From contig OZ059896.1 in NCBI GenBank assembly GCA_964057225.1, positions 16,430,001 through 16,494,000 on the forward strand: DNA of 64,000 nt, given 5' to 3'. Both the position numbers and the translations under genes were made by a program. How positions within the stretch are numbered: the stretch's first letter is position 1; each line of letters opens with the position of its first letter. Of this stretch, positions 11,601-31,526 are shown piece after piece. Under the pieces are notes generated by a model. It was not told the DNA's origin. It was given only the letters and a program-made list of their open reading frames with translations, and made no database searches. This stretch comes from Auanema rhodensis (lineage: Eukaryota > Animalia > Nematoda).

Positions 11601-14600
11601 CCGGCAATCGTTTACCATCTGAAGAATTTTTTCCACTTTATATGGAGTTGATATTCTATCGTAAGAGTTATTTATCTTGGCTTCTCCACTGCTCGGAAGA
11701 TAAACTTCCTCAACCTTTCCATTTACCACTGTTGCCATTTTGCTTCCAGAAAGAGAAGTAATTATTCCGTAAATCTGAAAAATAAATTTATAAATCTCCA
11801 AATGAATTATAACAAATTCTTACGTCTACTCCTAATTGGATAATAGATCCAAGTTCCAAATGCTTGATAAGTTCCGATATAGTCATGAACGCCGTTTCTA
11901 ATGCTATAGTTCCAATAGACTGTGAGGTAGAAGCAACAGACGCCATTGTAGAAGCTACACTTCCCATTGTTGTTTTTCTAAAATTTAAAAAGATTCGATA
12001 ATAAAATGTACAAAATCTTGAAACGATAGATACGTAAAGGCAGCACAAAACTGATAAACTCGAAAATTTAAAAACATTCATTTGCTCATTTATACATTAA
12101 TGAATCTTTAGCGACTTGAGCTTTGCTTACGAGATAAATTGTTTATTAGAACTGCTGGAAGACTGATCGGGGCCGTCAACCATACGCGTAGCACTTGGCC
12201 ACTCTCTTTGTGACCGTACCGACACCAATTAGCAAAATGTTCACAATTGTTGCCTAATGTATGGTAGTCGTACGGTCCAAGTGATTGCTTGGCTCTTCTT
12301 ACTATTTCTTCAGGGGGATATGGTGTATATTTTTTGTCCAAACGGTTACGGATGATAACATCTCGATTCCCAGCATATTCCGCAACCAGTTGCCTAATGA
12401 CTTGATGTTCATTTGTGACGTGAATCATGTAGACATCATCTCCGTTTACTTCCACAATTATACCGAAATGCTGAAATTGAAAAAAAACTTTTACATCTAA
12501 ATTTCAACAAAAACTCACTTCAAAAAAAAAATTGACGCCGATTTCTATGCAGCTTCCAATTAGTTCCTTGTTCGTATATTTCCTAGTGATTTGTTCAGCC
12601 TTACAGGTATCGGCAATAATAACCATCTTAAATCTCCGTTATAATATGATAAGAACCTTCTTTAAAAGTTTATAAAAATCAACAAACATGTTTATTTTGA
12701 ATAACATAACCCTTGGTTATTCTCTCAATGTCGGCAAAGGCCAAAATTTCGAAATATTTTCTAAAATTGTTTATTATTATATGAACTAAATGTATATTTC
12801 GATGTCATGGAATCTCAATCAATCATGGAATATATTAAAGATTTACAGAATATTAAAAGAATGAAATCTTCAGTTTTCTTACAAACTTGTTTATACACAC
12901 TAGTAACAAGTTTTAATTTATAATTAACATATTATAATTTGATGACAACTTAAAAAACTTTAATATATGATATATAGTTAACTTATTGTTATTTTGTTTA
13001 GAATAATTACTATTGGGTTCGCCAATTTGATGGATCTCCAATAGTTTTCTTATATGGCATCGTATGTACATTTGGAGCTTTAGCCAACTTTTTTGTTTTG
13101 TTTGCATTCATTCGAACCGAAAAATTAAGAAATTTACGGAACAGGTGAGTACCAAAGTAGTGTTAATATTGAAAACAAACTATTTCTAGTTTTATTGTTA
13201 ATCTGGCAGCTTCTGACTTATTGCTATGCGTTGTTACAGCACCTGTAACCTTATATACTAGTGTGAATCTATTCTGGCCATTTGGAAACATCTCCTGCAA
13301 AGTGGTTAGTATTTACAAATATTTTTCTTTTGAAATACCTTATATAAGAATATAAAGATAAATAATTAAATTTTCAGTTAGCATCAGTACAAGCTGTTAA
13401 TACGTTTGTATCGTCATTAACACTAGCATTAATAGCTCTTGACAGAGTTCTTCTGACATTATGTCCAGTGAGATGGTTAGTTCGTAATGATACTTTTTTT
13501 ACTTCTTTATTGTAATAGCTTTAGTTACAAATGTTATTTATAGGCGATTAGCAGCAACAGCTCCCATTGTCTGTTATTGTATCGTGTGGATTGTATCCAT
13601 GCTAGTTGCATTACCATACTCATTAGCTGTTCGAGCTCAACAAGTAACTCATTTTGAACCATGGAATGATGCAAATACACCCGATATGGTATGCAAATAA
13701 TCAAATAGGATCATATTATTAGTTTATATACTTCTAGCTGGCTACATGTCAAGAATCTTTCCCAGAAATATGTGTCGAAATGCAAGAAACATGGGATCGA
13801 GCATATATAAGCAAGATGACATTCACTTTGGTTGTATTAGCTATACAGTATGTAGTGCCATTGGTAGCATTAGCTTTTGCTTATGTTCAAATTGGCTCCA
13901 CCATTCGTCGTCGTTCCAAATTTTCTCGAACTATTGACTCTACTCGTCGTATGAACAATCAAAATCGAAATAGGTATGTCAAGACAAGAAACCGTTTTTA
14001 TGAATTTTAAAAAGAAAAAAGTTGTATTGTCGTATGTGTCAACATTTTTTTCCATCAAAGTTTTAATTAGAAAAACTTTTAAAAAAAGAAAAAAAATTCT
14101 GCTCTCCAGTACAAAAAACTCTGCGAATGTTATTATAAACTTTACTTTCTATTTTAGACGAGCACTTTTGCTTCTGTTTCTACTAGTTCTTACATATGCC
14201 ATTTGTTGGGCTCCCATGAATGTGTACAATGTGCTGAACGGGTTTGAGGTCATTGACTATTCTCAATATAGGTTAGCTTCTACATCTACTTATCCACCTG
14301 GTTAACTATTTATTATTGAAAGTCAAAACAAAAAACGATTTTCTCAGGCTTGAATGAACTGAACATTAGCCATTTTCAGGTATCTTTTCTGCCATTTGGT
14401 AGGCATTTCATCTGCTTGTGTCAATCCAATAACATATGCTCTTGTGAATGAAAGCTTCCGAAATGCTCTGCATCATATGCTCATCTCATTCCGCCCATTC
14501 AATGCAGCAACCAGTGTAATAGCAGCTCATCCATTTACGAATGCAGTTCAGAATAAGGTCCAGAAGAAGCAGGTAGATTATAGTATGAAGTTTACTAAAA

Positions 14601-14704
14601 ACTTACTTTGAAGTCTCTTCCAGACAACACGGACCCCATTCTCTTATAACGGCGAGCAATCATTGACAGATGATATGAATGCATTGGCCAACTCAAACCT
14701 GTAA
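8665..14704 (+). CDS. Rhodopsin-family neuropeptide Y/F-like GPCR (npr-11/npr-12-like), multi-exon
   Basis: Exon 1 (8665-8736, MRPNSSGDWIDVQCDWFDTVKSRQ) is preceded by ttcag and ends at a phase-0 GT donor. It joins phase-0 exon 13002-13144 (NNYYWVRQFDGSPIVFLYGIVCTFGALANFFVLF). Later exons give FIVNLAASDLLLCVVTAPVTLY (TM2), LFWPFG, IALDRV (DRY position), QYVVPL (TM5), CWAPMN (TM6) and SACVNPITY (NPxxY). Stop TAA is at 14702-14704, with AATAAA near 14799. The exon 1 link is inferred; the rest is solid. Confidence 0.88.
10458..10576 (+). ncRNA. U5: U5 spliceosomal snRNA, copy 1
   Basis: The 5' end is ATCCTCTGGTTCCT. The stem AAATCTTT/AAAGATTT closes the invariant loop I GCCTTTTAC, with CCGTG motifs on either side. 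It has an Sm site ATTTTTTGGA and a 3' hairpin CCCCTCGAAAGAGCGGG. Confidence 0.93.
10794..10798 (-). terminator. Pol III T5 terminator of the 5S gene
   Basis: TTTTT on the minus strand immediately after ...GTAAGC. Confidence 0.8.
10798..10916 (-). rRNA. 5S: 5S rRNA gene (single copy in window)
   Basis: The reverse complement reads GCTTACGACCATACCACGTTGAAAGTACGCCATCCCGTCCGATCTGGCAAGTCAAGCAACG...TTAGTACTTGGATCGGAGACGGCTTGGGAATCCCGGGTGCCGTAAGCT (119 nt). This is the typical nematode 5S sequence with its internal control region. Confidence 0.97.
11169..11287 (+). ncRNA. U5: U5 spliceosomal snRNA, copy 2 (identical to copy 1)
   Basis: 11169-11303 is base-for-base identical to 10458-10592. Confidence 0.9.
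11544..11967 (-). CDS. Divergent LRAT/PLAAT-like protein lacking catalytic residues (putative pseudoenzyme), 124 aa, 2 exons
   Basis: Exon 11967-11824 (MGSVAS...ETAFMTISELIKHLELGSIIQLGVD), a 49-nt GT-AG intron, then exon 11774-11544 (IYGII...KINNSYDRISTPYKVEKILQMVNDCRGKDFCDSYSFVKKCRNGI*). It aligns by eye to the neighbouring LRAT gene with the same phase-0 intron position. A ttttag acceptor lies 10 nt before the ATG. Confidence 0.72.
12108..12626 (-). CDS. LRAT/PLAAT (HRASLS)-family permuted NlpC/P60 phospholipase/acyltransferase, 156 aa, 2 exons
   Basis: Exon 12626-12519 (MVIIADTC...LIGSCIEIGVNFFFE), intron gtgagt...tttcag, then exon 12470-12108 (HFGII...MIHV...IRNRLDKKYTPYPPEEIVRRAKQSLG.YDY..LGNNCEHFANWCRYG). 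It has the H-box, the second His, the NCEHF catalytic Cys and a short hydrophobic C-terminal tail. Confidence 0.9.
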
Positions 14705-15631
14705 GCCGAAAGGTCAGAATGCTTCAAATCAAATCTCATCACAACGGGTTCATCAGATTTATCTTTCAAATTGTTATATAAACTAATTTATAAAATGAAA
14801 TAAAGATTTTAATAAATCATTATATTATTCTGTTCATCACTTTTATCGTCGTCCGTCTCATCCTCTTCAATTCTATTTTTTTCTAAATTTAAAGAAAAGA
14901 AAATATAAACAAAAAAAGCTTCAAAGATAGTTATAACATTTTATGTAATATAAACATTTTTTATTTAATTATTACAAATCAAAAATGTTCTATAGCGACT
15001 TGGCCGAAGGCAATTCTAGGCTATCGGAATGATATACCGCTTCCGTTTATTAAGATTTTCATTAGAAAAAGAACAGCTACTTTCATAGAAATTTGCAGAA
15101 TTATGATGATGGTAGTGGCTAATAGTTACAGTAGTAATAATACTAGTAGTAGTAGTGGTGGTAGTATTAGTAATAGTTTTGGTACTAATGATAATGAGAA
15201 AAAAAAGGTATTTTGTTTGAAAATTAAGTAGCAACGGAGAACTTTATATAGAAAAATATGTATATTATATCATCTCATCGTTGTATATAAGCCGTTGAAA
15301 TGAGATATGAGAACCCGTTTAATAAAGTTTCTCACAAATAGGAGAAATTATTATAAATATTAAAATTATAAGGCGCTTTTAACACGGGACAACAAGGACC
15401 GAACCTGTTAACAAACTCTAGAAAAAGAGAAAGATTTGAGCAAAATGAGAGCAAAATTAACAATTTGAAAAAGAAACTCGTGGGAAAATGTGAAGATAAA
15501 ACTGCAATAAAGGCTAACGTATGGTCAGTAATACAACAATTTCACGGAAATATATTTGGCAGAAGGAAATACTTACAGAAATCTAGCACTAGTCTAGAAT
15601 ATGAGGCGCATAGATTCTAAGATTCTGTGGC

Positions 15632-19675
<4,044 letters not shown>

Positions 19676-21626
19676 ATCTTTAAAATATTAAAGTATTAAT
19701 GAAGATAATAAAGAGAAAAAAAAGTAAACAGAAAGTAAAATGAACACGAAATGAACGATATGGTTTACGATACTAAAACATAAATATGTTCTTTGAAATA
19801 AAAAAAACTAGAAGCTAGTAGTAGACAAACAATCGATATCAGAGAAGTATCAAACGATAGAGTATTTAACGGAAAGAATGGCCAGAAATGTTGAAAAAAA
19901 CACACAAAGACAAACTTACAACCTTTAGGAAAGGGGATGAGAGAACAAAAAAAAGATAAATAGAAAAATGAAGAAGAAAAAGCAATTAATCAGGAATGTT
20001 AGAACGTAAATTAACCGTGATAGCATTTGATCATGAAGAATATGAGCTCAACGCGCGAAAAGCCAATGATGTTTGGTTTTTAAAACGAGATTTGAAAGAA
20101 GGCAGTTATATTAGGCAACTTAATTGAAAAACAGAACAAAGAAGAGGTGACAATGAGTTTCTTCATATAGGCATTGGCATGTAAATGAAACAAGAAGGAT
20201 AAAGAGGTCAAGGACGGTCTATATCAGGGCAGATAAAAAAGGCGACAGTTTATAAATGACCTGACGGTTTGTAAATCCTTGTGATATGTATGTGTAAACG
20301 AATATTTAACGGAATATTATTTATTCAAATAGGTTCGGGAGAGAAATAAAAAACAAGACCGGTTGCTGGCAAATGTTGAGAGAAAGGTTCAACAGAAAAT
20401 TCTTTTACATTAGCCTGCACAGCCTCATCCTACAAAAAGAACGGCAGTCGCCTTTTTTTGGCAATGGTCCATCTATGCGCTGATGACATTGGGCCAAGAT
20501 ATAGCCGTAGGTCAATCAATCTTGTGGATATGTCAAGCGATGGCTGAGGTGCTACAAGGAAAATGTGTGAACAACACGAAACCCTATGAACAACTAAGGC
20601 AAAAGTGAAGCAAGCAAATACGTTGACGAGCAGCGACATAACTAAAGATAGAAAAGTGGATTCAAATAGAAAATAACAAGAAAGATCGATAGTGCTGCCT
20701 ATGTGAAGTGTGCGGAGACAAGGCATGAGTCTAGGGCCTGGGGCGAGCTGACTAGCCCTGGCAGGCTGGTTGCAGATGGATGTCTGAGCATGAGAAGACA
20801 CAACAGGCCATGTGAGAATGGACAAAGGACATAAGGCCTTCGGGAGAAATGAGAAGAGACGAGGGAGACGAGACGCAACAATAGTTGTGATGGTCCTGAT
20901 TAGAAAGAGGAAACGCTTGGCATGTGGATTATACCAATAGAAGGAGAAAAGAAAGTGGTATTTGGTTCGATTAGACGTACACAACTGCGTAGATAGATAA
21001 ATATGCCCATTATATCATATATGAAGACAAATATAAAATATAAAAGAAAAGTAGTTAAATACAAACAAAAATAATGTGAAGATGATGAAAAAATGATAGA
21101 CCGATTGTTGATCAGTCTGATTAATCATCTAATTCTTGTTTTATTTGGAGTTTCCTTGTTTTCGTATAGCAAGTGGTTTACTAAGATTCTCTGATTTCAT
21201 CTTGCTAAGCATCAATTTCTATTGTTGCTTTGACGAAAAAATAAAAAATAAAAGAAATGTAACGATAGCTGGGAAAGAATATTCCTAATTTAAATATGCA
21301 GAAGCAGCATATTATACGGAAGAATGTTCAAACTTTGAGTGTGGATGTGGAACGATGGACGGAGATAAAATGACCGATTTCGAGAATGTAGCAAATTGAC
21401 TGCAACACAAAAAATTGATTGGAACTAGCTTTTGGAAAGCTGGATGATGGTGTGATGACAGCTCCAGGTTTAATTTGTGCTCCGTGACGGTTCCAAATAA
21501 TAGTGATTGGTGACGAAATGTGATCGTTTTGTTTAAACTCCAAGCAGAAAACAGATACAATGATGACATTATCTAAGTGAGAGAGAGGGAGGAAGGGGTG
21601 TCGATGGATGGAAACAAGATATTTAT

Positions 21627-21628
<2 letters not shown>

Positions 21629-21687
<59 letters not shown>
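21629..21687. repeat. (GA)n microsatellite followed by G10 run
   Basis: Direct reading. It lies upstream of efa-6 and reads as CT on the efa-6 sense strand. Confidence 0.95.
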
Positions 21688-24615
21688 AATGAAAGTGAAA
21701 ATTAAAACAAGAGAGAGAAAGTACGATTATCGGTTCATCTTTATGTATAAAATGATGAACTTAGTATTTCATTGAAGGCTGCTAGGCTTCAGTGACCAAG
21801 AAAAGGAAGAAGTAGCATACTATAAGAATTGAATAGAAACAATGAAATTGGTTGTTGGAGATCTCTTCGGAAAATAATTAAAAGAGTGGAAGATGCGGAA
21901 TGGCCACCCTTCCTATATACTCGATGAAGATATACGAAAAGAATGTAATAATAAGCGATAAGCTGAGTATGAAAACACACTTTTCTAATTGTAAGAGTGT
22001 AAGCAAACATCAAAACAGGAAATCCGGAATCCGGAAAATCTGATAGACTGGTCAATCGTAGACGATGAGCAAGTGAGTTTGACACCATGCGCAGCGTGAA
22101 TATGAGCCAGATTATGGAAAACGGTTTTCAGTCGAATATACTAGACTATGCGCTAGACATAGCTTTTCGGCAAACATTGAAGTAGAATGATACGAGGAGA
22201 GAAGATGAACTGAAAATTTCTAGAATGTGAACATATCAACGTTAAAATGAAAATTAGGAACCATAGGAGTTAACCTGTGCACATTTCATAACTGATATCA
22301 ACAAAAGCGTAAAAGAAAAATGAGAAGATGGAAGAAAGAGGAGGAGAATAGGTTGTAAAAGTTAAAAAGAACGTGGATGAGCACAAAGTGAATATGAAAT
22401 GTTCCAAGCTAAGAAAACTTGCAAATATGTAAAACTTTTGCTGAAAGTTGTTGTCGAGTGAAACGATAGATGAAGAAATGCATAGATGGAAAGAGATGAC
22501 CAGCTGAGAAGAAAAAATAATTACAGCAATGAGCTGTAAAGGGCCCTGAAATCAATAGACGGCTTGGCTTTCTAGAGCCTAAGGTCTGTCCAGAGGGGCT
22601 AATTCGTTGGACATATCGAGCAGTACTCTGGGGTCAATTCAGCTAGAATGGGTATCATGGCCGGATGATTGAACAGCTAAACATTTGGCTGGATGTTGTT
22701 TTGATGATGCACGCACTATGAAACTCTTAGCAATGAATAAACCCAGGATTAGAAGATTAACTCACATCTATCATATCGACAATTCATTTCAAAGTGAAAT
22801 AAACGTGTTAACGTTGATCGTCAACAGATAAAAACGTTGACCATGTTGTCAATGAACTGATTAGAGTTAAGAAAGATAAGGGGAAACGTGAGAGAGCAAG
22901 AGATGATTTGTAAAACATATCTTAAATCGTCTATCGAAAGAAGAGAGTAAAGAGCAAAACAGAAAGTAGTGATGGGCTAAAGAAAGACAGCTGCAACTGA
23001 CATAGTATTTGAAGATGAAACATACTACATATGACAAAAACTGCTCTCACGCAAATGTTCATGGTTCATATGATTAAGGTCGTATAATACTGAAGAATAT
23101 GAGTACATGATGAGCATGTGGCTTAACAAAGACGAACAGAGCATTACAAGGTAGAAAGTGCAAGGCTAATTGATTAATGCATATTTGGGTTATTATGGAG
23201 CTGTATACAAATACGGAAGAATTGTGAGCAAATCTGTCAGATGAGTGGACAGAACAGGACAAACACAAGGCGACATATTACATATACATAGTCAAGGTAT
23301 GAGAATGAGAGAAATAAAGGGAATAAGGTAGAAGTCTGATTGACAAGTCAGAAGCACAGTTGATTCCGATATATTGAATTAAGCTTTAGCTGTGAATAAG
23401 ACAACATTATATACGTTTAATATTCAGAATCGAATGGGGTAATCTGGTTAACCTTCGAGCTGAGGCCAATGATATGACATAAAGTCCAATTATAGGCTGC
23501 ACGGACCACCAACTCTAACGAATAGTCCTTAACGGAGGTGATCGAAGATAACGATATAAATATATATTATTGTATGGAGATTTTATCGAGAGCAAAAGTG
23601 GAGGGAATATATGAAAAGCGAAAACAGACACTAATCATTAGTCGGACTATTACTTCTTAATTATAGGTTTATAAGCAAATGTTTTAGAGGTTTCCCAAAG
23701 ATATAACGTGCTTAAGTATAATATCGTTTAGTATTCTCTCTTTCTCCTTGCTTTTACTCTTTTCTCGAGAAGCAGCCTGGTGGTGGTAGCAATACTCATT
23801 GCCTAGAGAAGAATCAACAAACGGCAAACGATACAGCTGTTGCCAATACATTTATCGGACGTCAAAGAAGAAATGCCGTAAACAGATGATGTTGAGACAT
23901 AGAACAGCTACTACCTAATATATGTTGCCACTAATAATTAAAACCCATCACACAACTTAAAGTACGACTGAACAATAGTAAATCGGAGATGAGAAAACAA
24001 TTTTGGTTAATTGATCAATCTTAAAATGAAACGTTTCGGAGGACGAATCTATAATCTACTATCAAACGGCTTATCGTGCTTATTGACATGACCAGGGACG
24101 GTTTCGGTAATACGACTAAAAGACAAAAGAAGAACTTAATCAGCAGATGATCCTCAAAGGTTCGAAAATGTCAAAAAGGTAAATAGGAAACAAAAGCACA
24201 CCGCCCACAACCGAATAGCGTACGCAGAACGTAACAACACTTTGCCGCACGACCGATTTCAGCTGAACCACTAATTAAAATGAAAATTCAAGACCAACTT
24301 AGCGTATCTATTTGAATACACAAATTTATTGCATTGAGGCGTATCCAAAACGATATTGGAAAGGGTGGTCTAGGAGGAGAACCGATTAGACGACCTCCAC
24401 GTGAAAAAAGATGAATCTAGAAGATTAGAAAGCGTAGCGTCCTGAGGCATAATAATCAGGGGGAAGCAAAAACAAAGCTACCACCAGTTGTAATTCCTAA
24501 CCTTACAAACAATGTTGATAAAAAATTTATTACAATTAATTTAAACCGGTATAGCCAAAAAAAACGCCAAATAAAATTTTCTCTAAAAAGCTAGTTCGTA
24601 GAAATGCTAATATTC

Positions 24616-25624
24616 TTATGGAGGCATACGGAGAGATCCGTCAAGACGGATAACTTCACCGTTCAAGTAACGGTTTTCAATGATATGTTTAACAAGGGCT
24701 CCATACTCTTCAGGGTTTCCCATGCGAGATGGGTTGGGAACAAGTTGAGAAAGGAATGTTTTTACCTAAAATATACCAATTTATCGATGTTCAGAAATAA
24801 CTAATAACCTTTTCTGGAAGTCCAGAAAGAAGAGGGGTATCAAAGAGACCTGGAGCAATAGCCATGAATCTAATTCCATCATCAGCGAAATCCCTAGCCA
24901 AAGGCAAGGTCATGCCGACGATAGCACCCTTGGAAGCAGAATAGGCAGACTACAAAAACAATGACTGTCATTATAAATAAATTTCAGTAAAACCTGTCCG
25001 GTTTGCCCATCAAATGCGGCAACAGAAGCAGTGCTAACGACGACTCCTCTTTGACCCATTTCATCCTTTGCGTTTTCACCCATGAGAGCGACTCCATGAC
25101 GAATAACATTGAAGGTTCCAACAACGTTAACCTGCAAATAGGTTTAAAACCAGATAAATCAAGCTGCAGAAATTTACATCCAAAGTTTTTTGGATCTTAT
25201 CAAGATCGGCCATCTTCTTCTTGTTAACATTGTAAAGCTTGAAAGCCATTGCAACACCAGCACAGTTAACAACAGCATCACAACGACCGAAAGTTGATTT
25301 TACTTCGGAGAAAGCATTAGCAACCTCAGTCTCGGATGTCACCTAAAAGTAGCATCATACAAAATCTGATTAATCATCATCAAATTACATTAGCTGGAGT
25401 AAAGATAACATTTTTTCCTAATTCCTTGGCTACTTCGCTACCTTTAGAGCTGGGAAGATCAAGAATAGCAACTTTAGCTCCGGATTGTACTAAAGATTGA
25501 ACAGTGCCACGTCCAAGACCAGAAGCGCCACCTGTTACGAGAGCTACTAAGCCCTGAAAAAATGGTTACAAAACATTCAAATAGTTAATTATTCTACCTG
25601 AGTATTACGGAGAACAGAAGCCAT
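24616..25624 (-). CDS. ard-1: Short-chain dehydrogenase, HSD17B10/3-hydroxyacyl-CoA dehydrogenase type 2
   Basis: MASVLRNTQ|[40 protein letters not shown]|SAYSASKG (YxxxK), and a C-terminal [16 protein letters not shown]. Confidence 0.96.
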
Positions 25625-26024
25625 CTTATAAAAGGAAAAAACGAAAATTAGCTCAAGATTAAAAACTGGAGTTAAAAAAAAAAACGGAAATGAACCGAAA
25701 AGCAAAAAGCAGGAAATGAATGATAGTACCAAAGTTTATCGACATAAAAATAAAAACAAATAAATTATACACATACAACTGATGAAGATCATTGGATGTA
25801 TAGTATCGCTGGGATAGCGAATGAGATGATAGGCTAATATTATTCACAGAACAACATACTTTTAAACAGCGTATATTAGTTCGTACAAAATATGAATGCA
25901 TGAATAAAACAAATTGGGATTACTCGTTATGCTCACTAACATGCAGGATTAATTAGGTAGACCGGCGTTATTAAAGAATACTTAGCTTTGTACATCCCGG
26001 CCCATCAAGAAACTAGTCCAGTCA

Positions 26025-31082
<5,058 letters not shown>

Positions 31083-31119
31083 CAATAGAGGCAAAGCTTT
31101 CTAATAAATTAGTTCCACC

Positions 31120-31513
31120 TAAAAATTTACATAATAAGAATATATCTTATTCATACTAATTAAACAACTGCTGTTATCTATTAATGTTGAGAAACTGTAA
31201 AACGTAAGAAAAGACTATAGAAGAAACTTTAAAAATGCAAAACGTAGAGATTAAAGTCTGCGTACGCGGGTGTTCCGCTAGCAGGCATTATGCCAAAATA
31301 GAACTACGGTAGTTCGCGCCAGGATCCTCCGTCCTATAACATTGGCCTCATTGCGTCCAGAACGGTTGCCAAGACGAAAATTTTTATAATTTCAAGAATT
31401 GGCGGGATTTGGATTTCTTTTCTTCCATTTGGGTTTTGATAATGACGTTTGAAGAAAAAGCTCATTTTTTGATTTTTTTCATTTCATGGGTCGTGTTTAA
31501 TGTAATCTTTAAG
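31120..31513. promoter_or_regulatory. Probable bidirectional promoter between swsn-4 and gtbp-1, with E2F-like sites
   Basis: The start codons diverge 445 bp apart and GC is locally elevated. TTCGCGCC lies at 31313-31320, TTGGCGGGA at 31399-31407, and the palindrome GAACTACGGTAGTTC at 31301-31315. Confidence 0.6.
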
Positions 31514-31526
31514 GTCCGGCTTCAAG

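Noticed and set aside
12730-12830. TGTCGG (UM1-like core) followed by TGTCATGGAAT (miR-46/281-like seed)
   Set aside because: There is no complementary arm for a pre-miRNA hairpin, and the motif spacing differs from the U3 promoter.
20430-20984. 184-aa minus-strand ORF upstream of efa-6
   Set aside because: It has a non-ATG start, no domain signature and no clear splice connection. It is more likely regulatory or outron sequence.
24330-24500. GC-richer segment with short hairpins and a second AATAAA downstream of ard-1
   Set aside because: There are no tRNA, snoRNA or sbRNA box motifs. It can be explained as an extended 3'UTR or promoter-proximal DNA.
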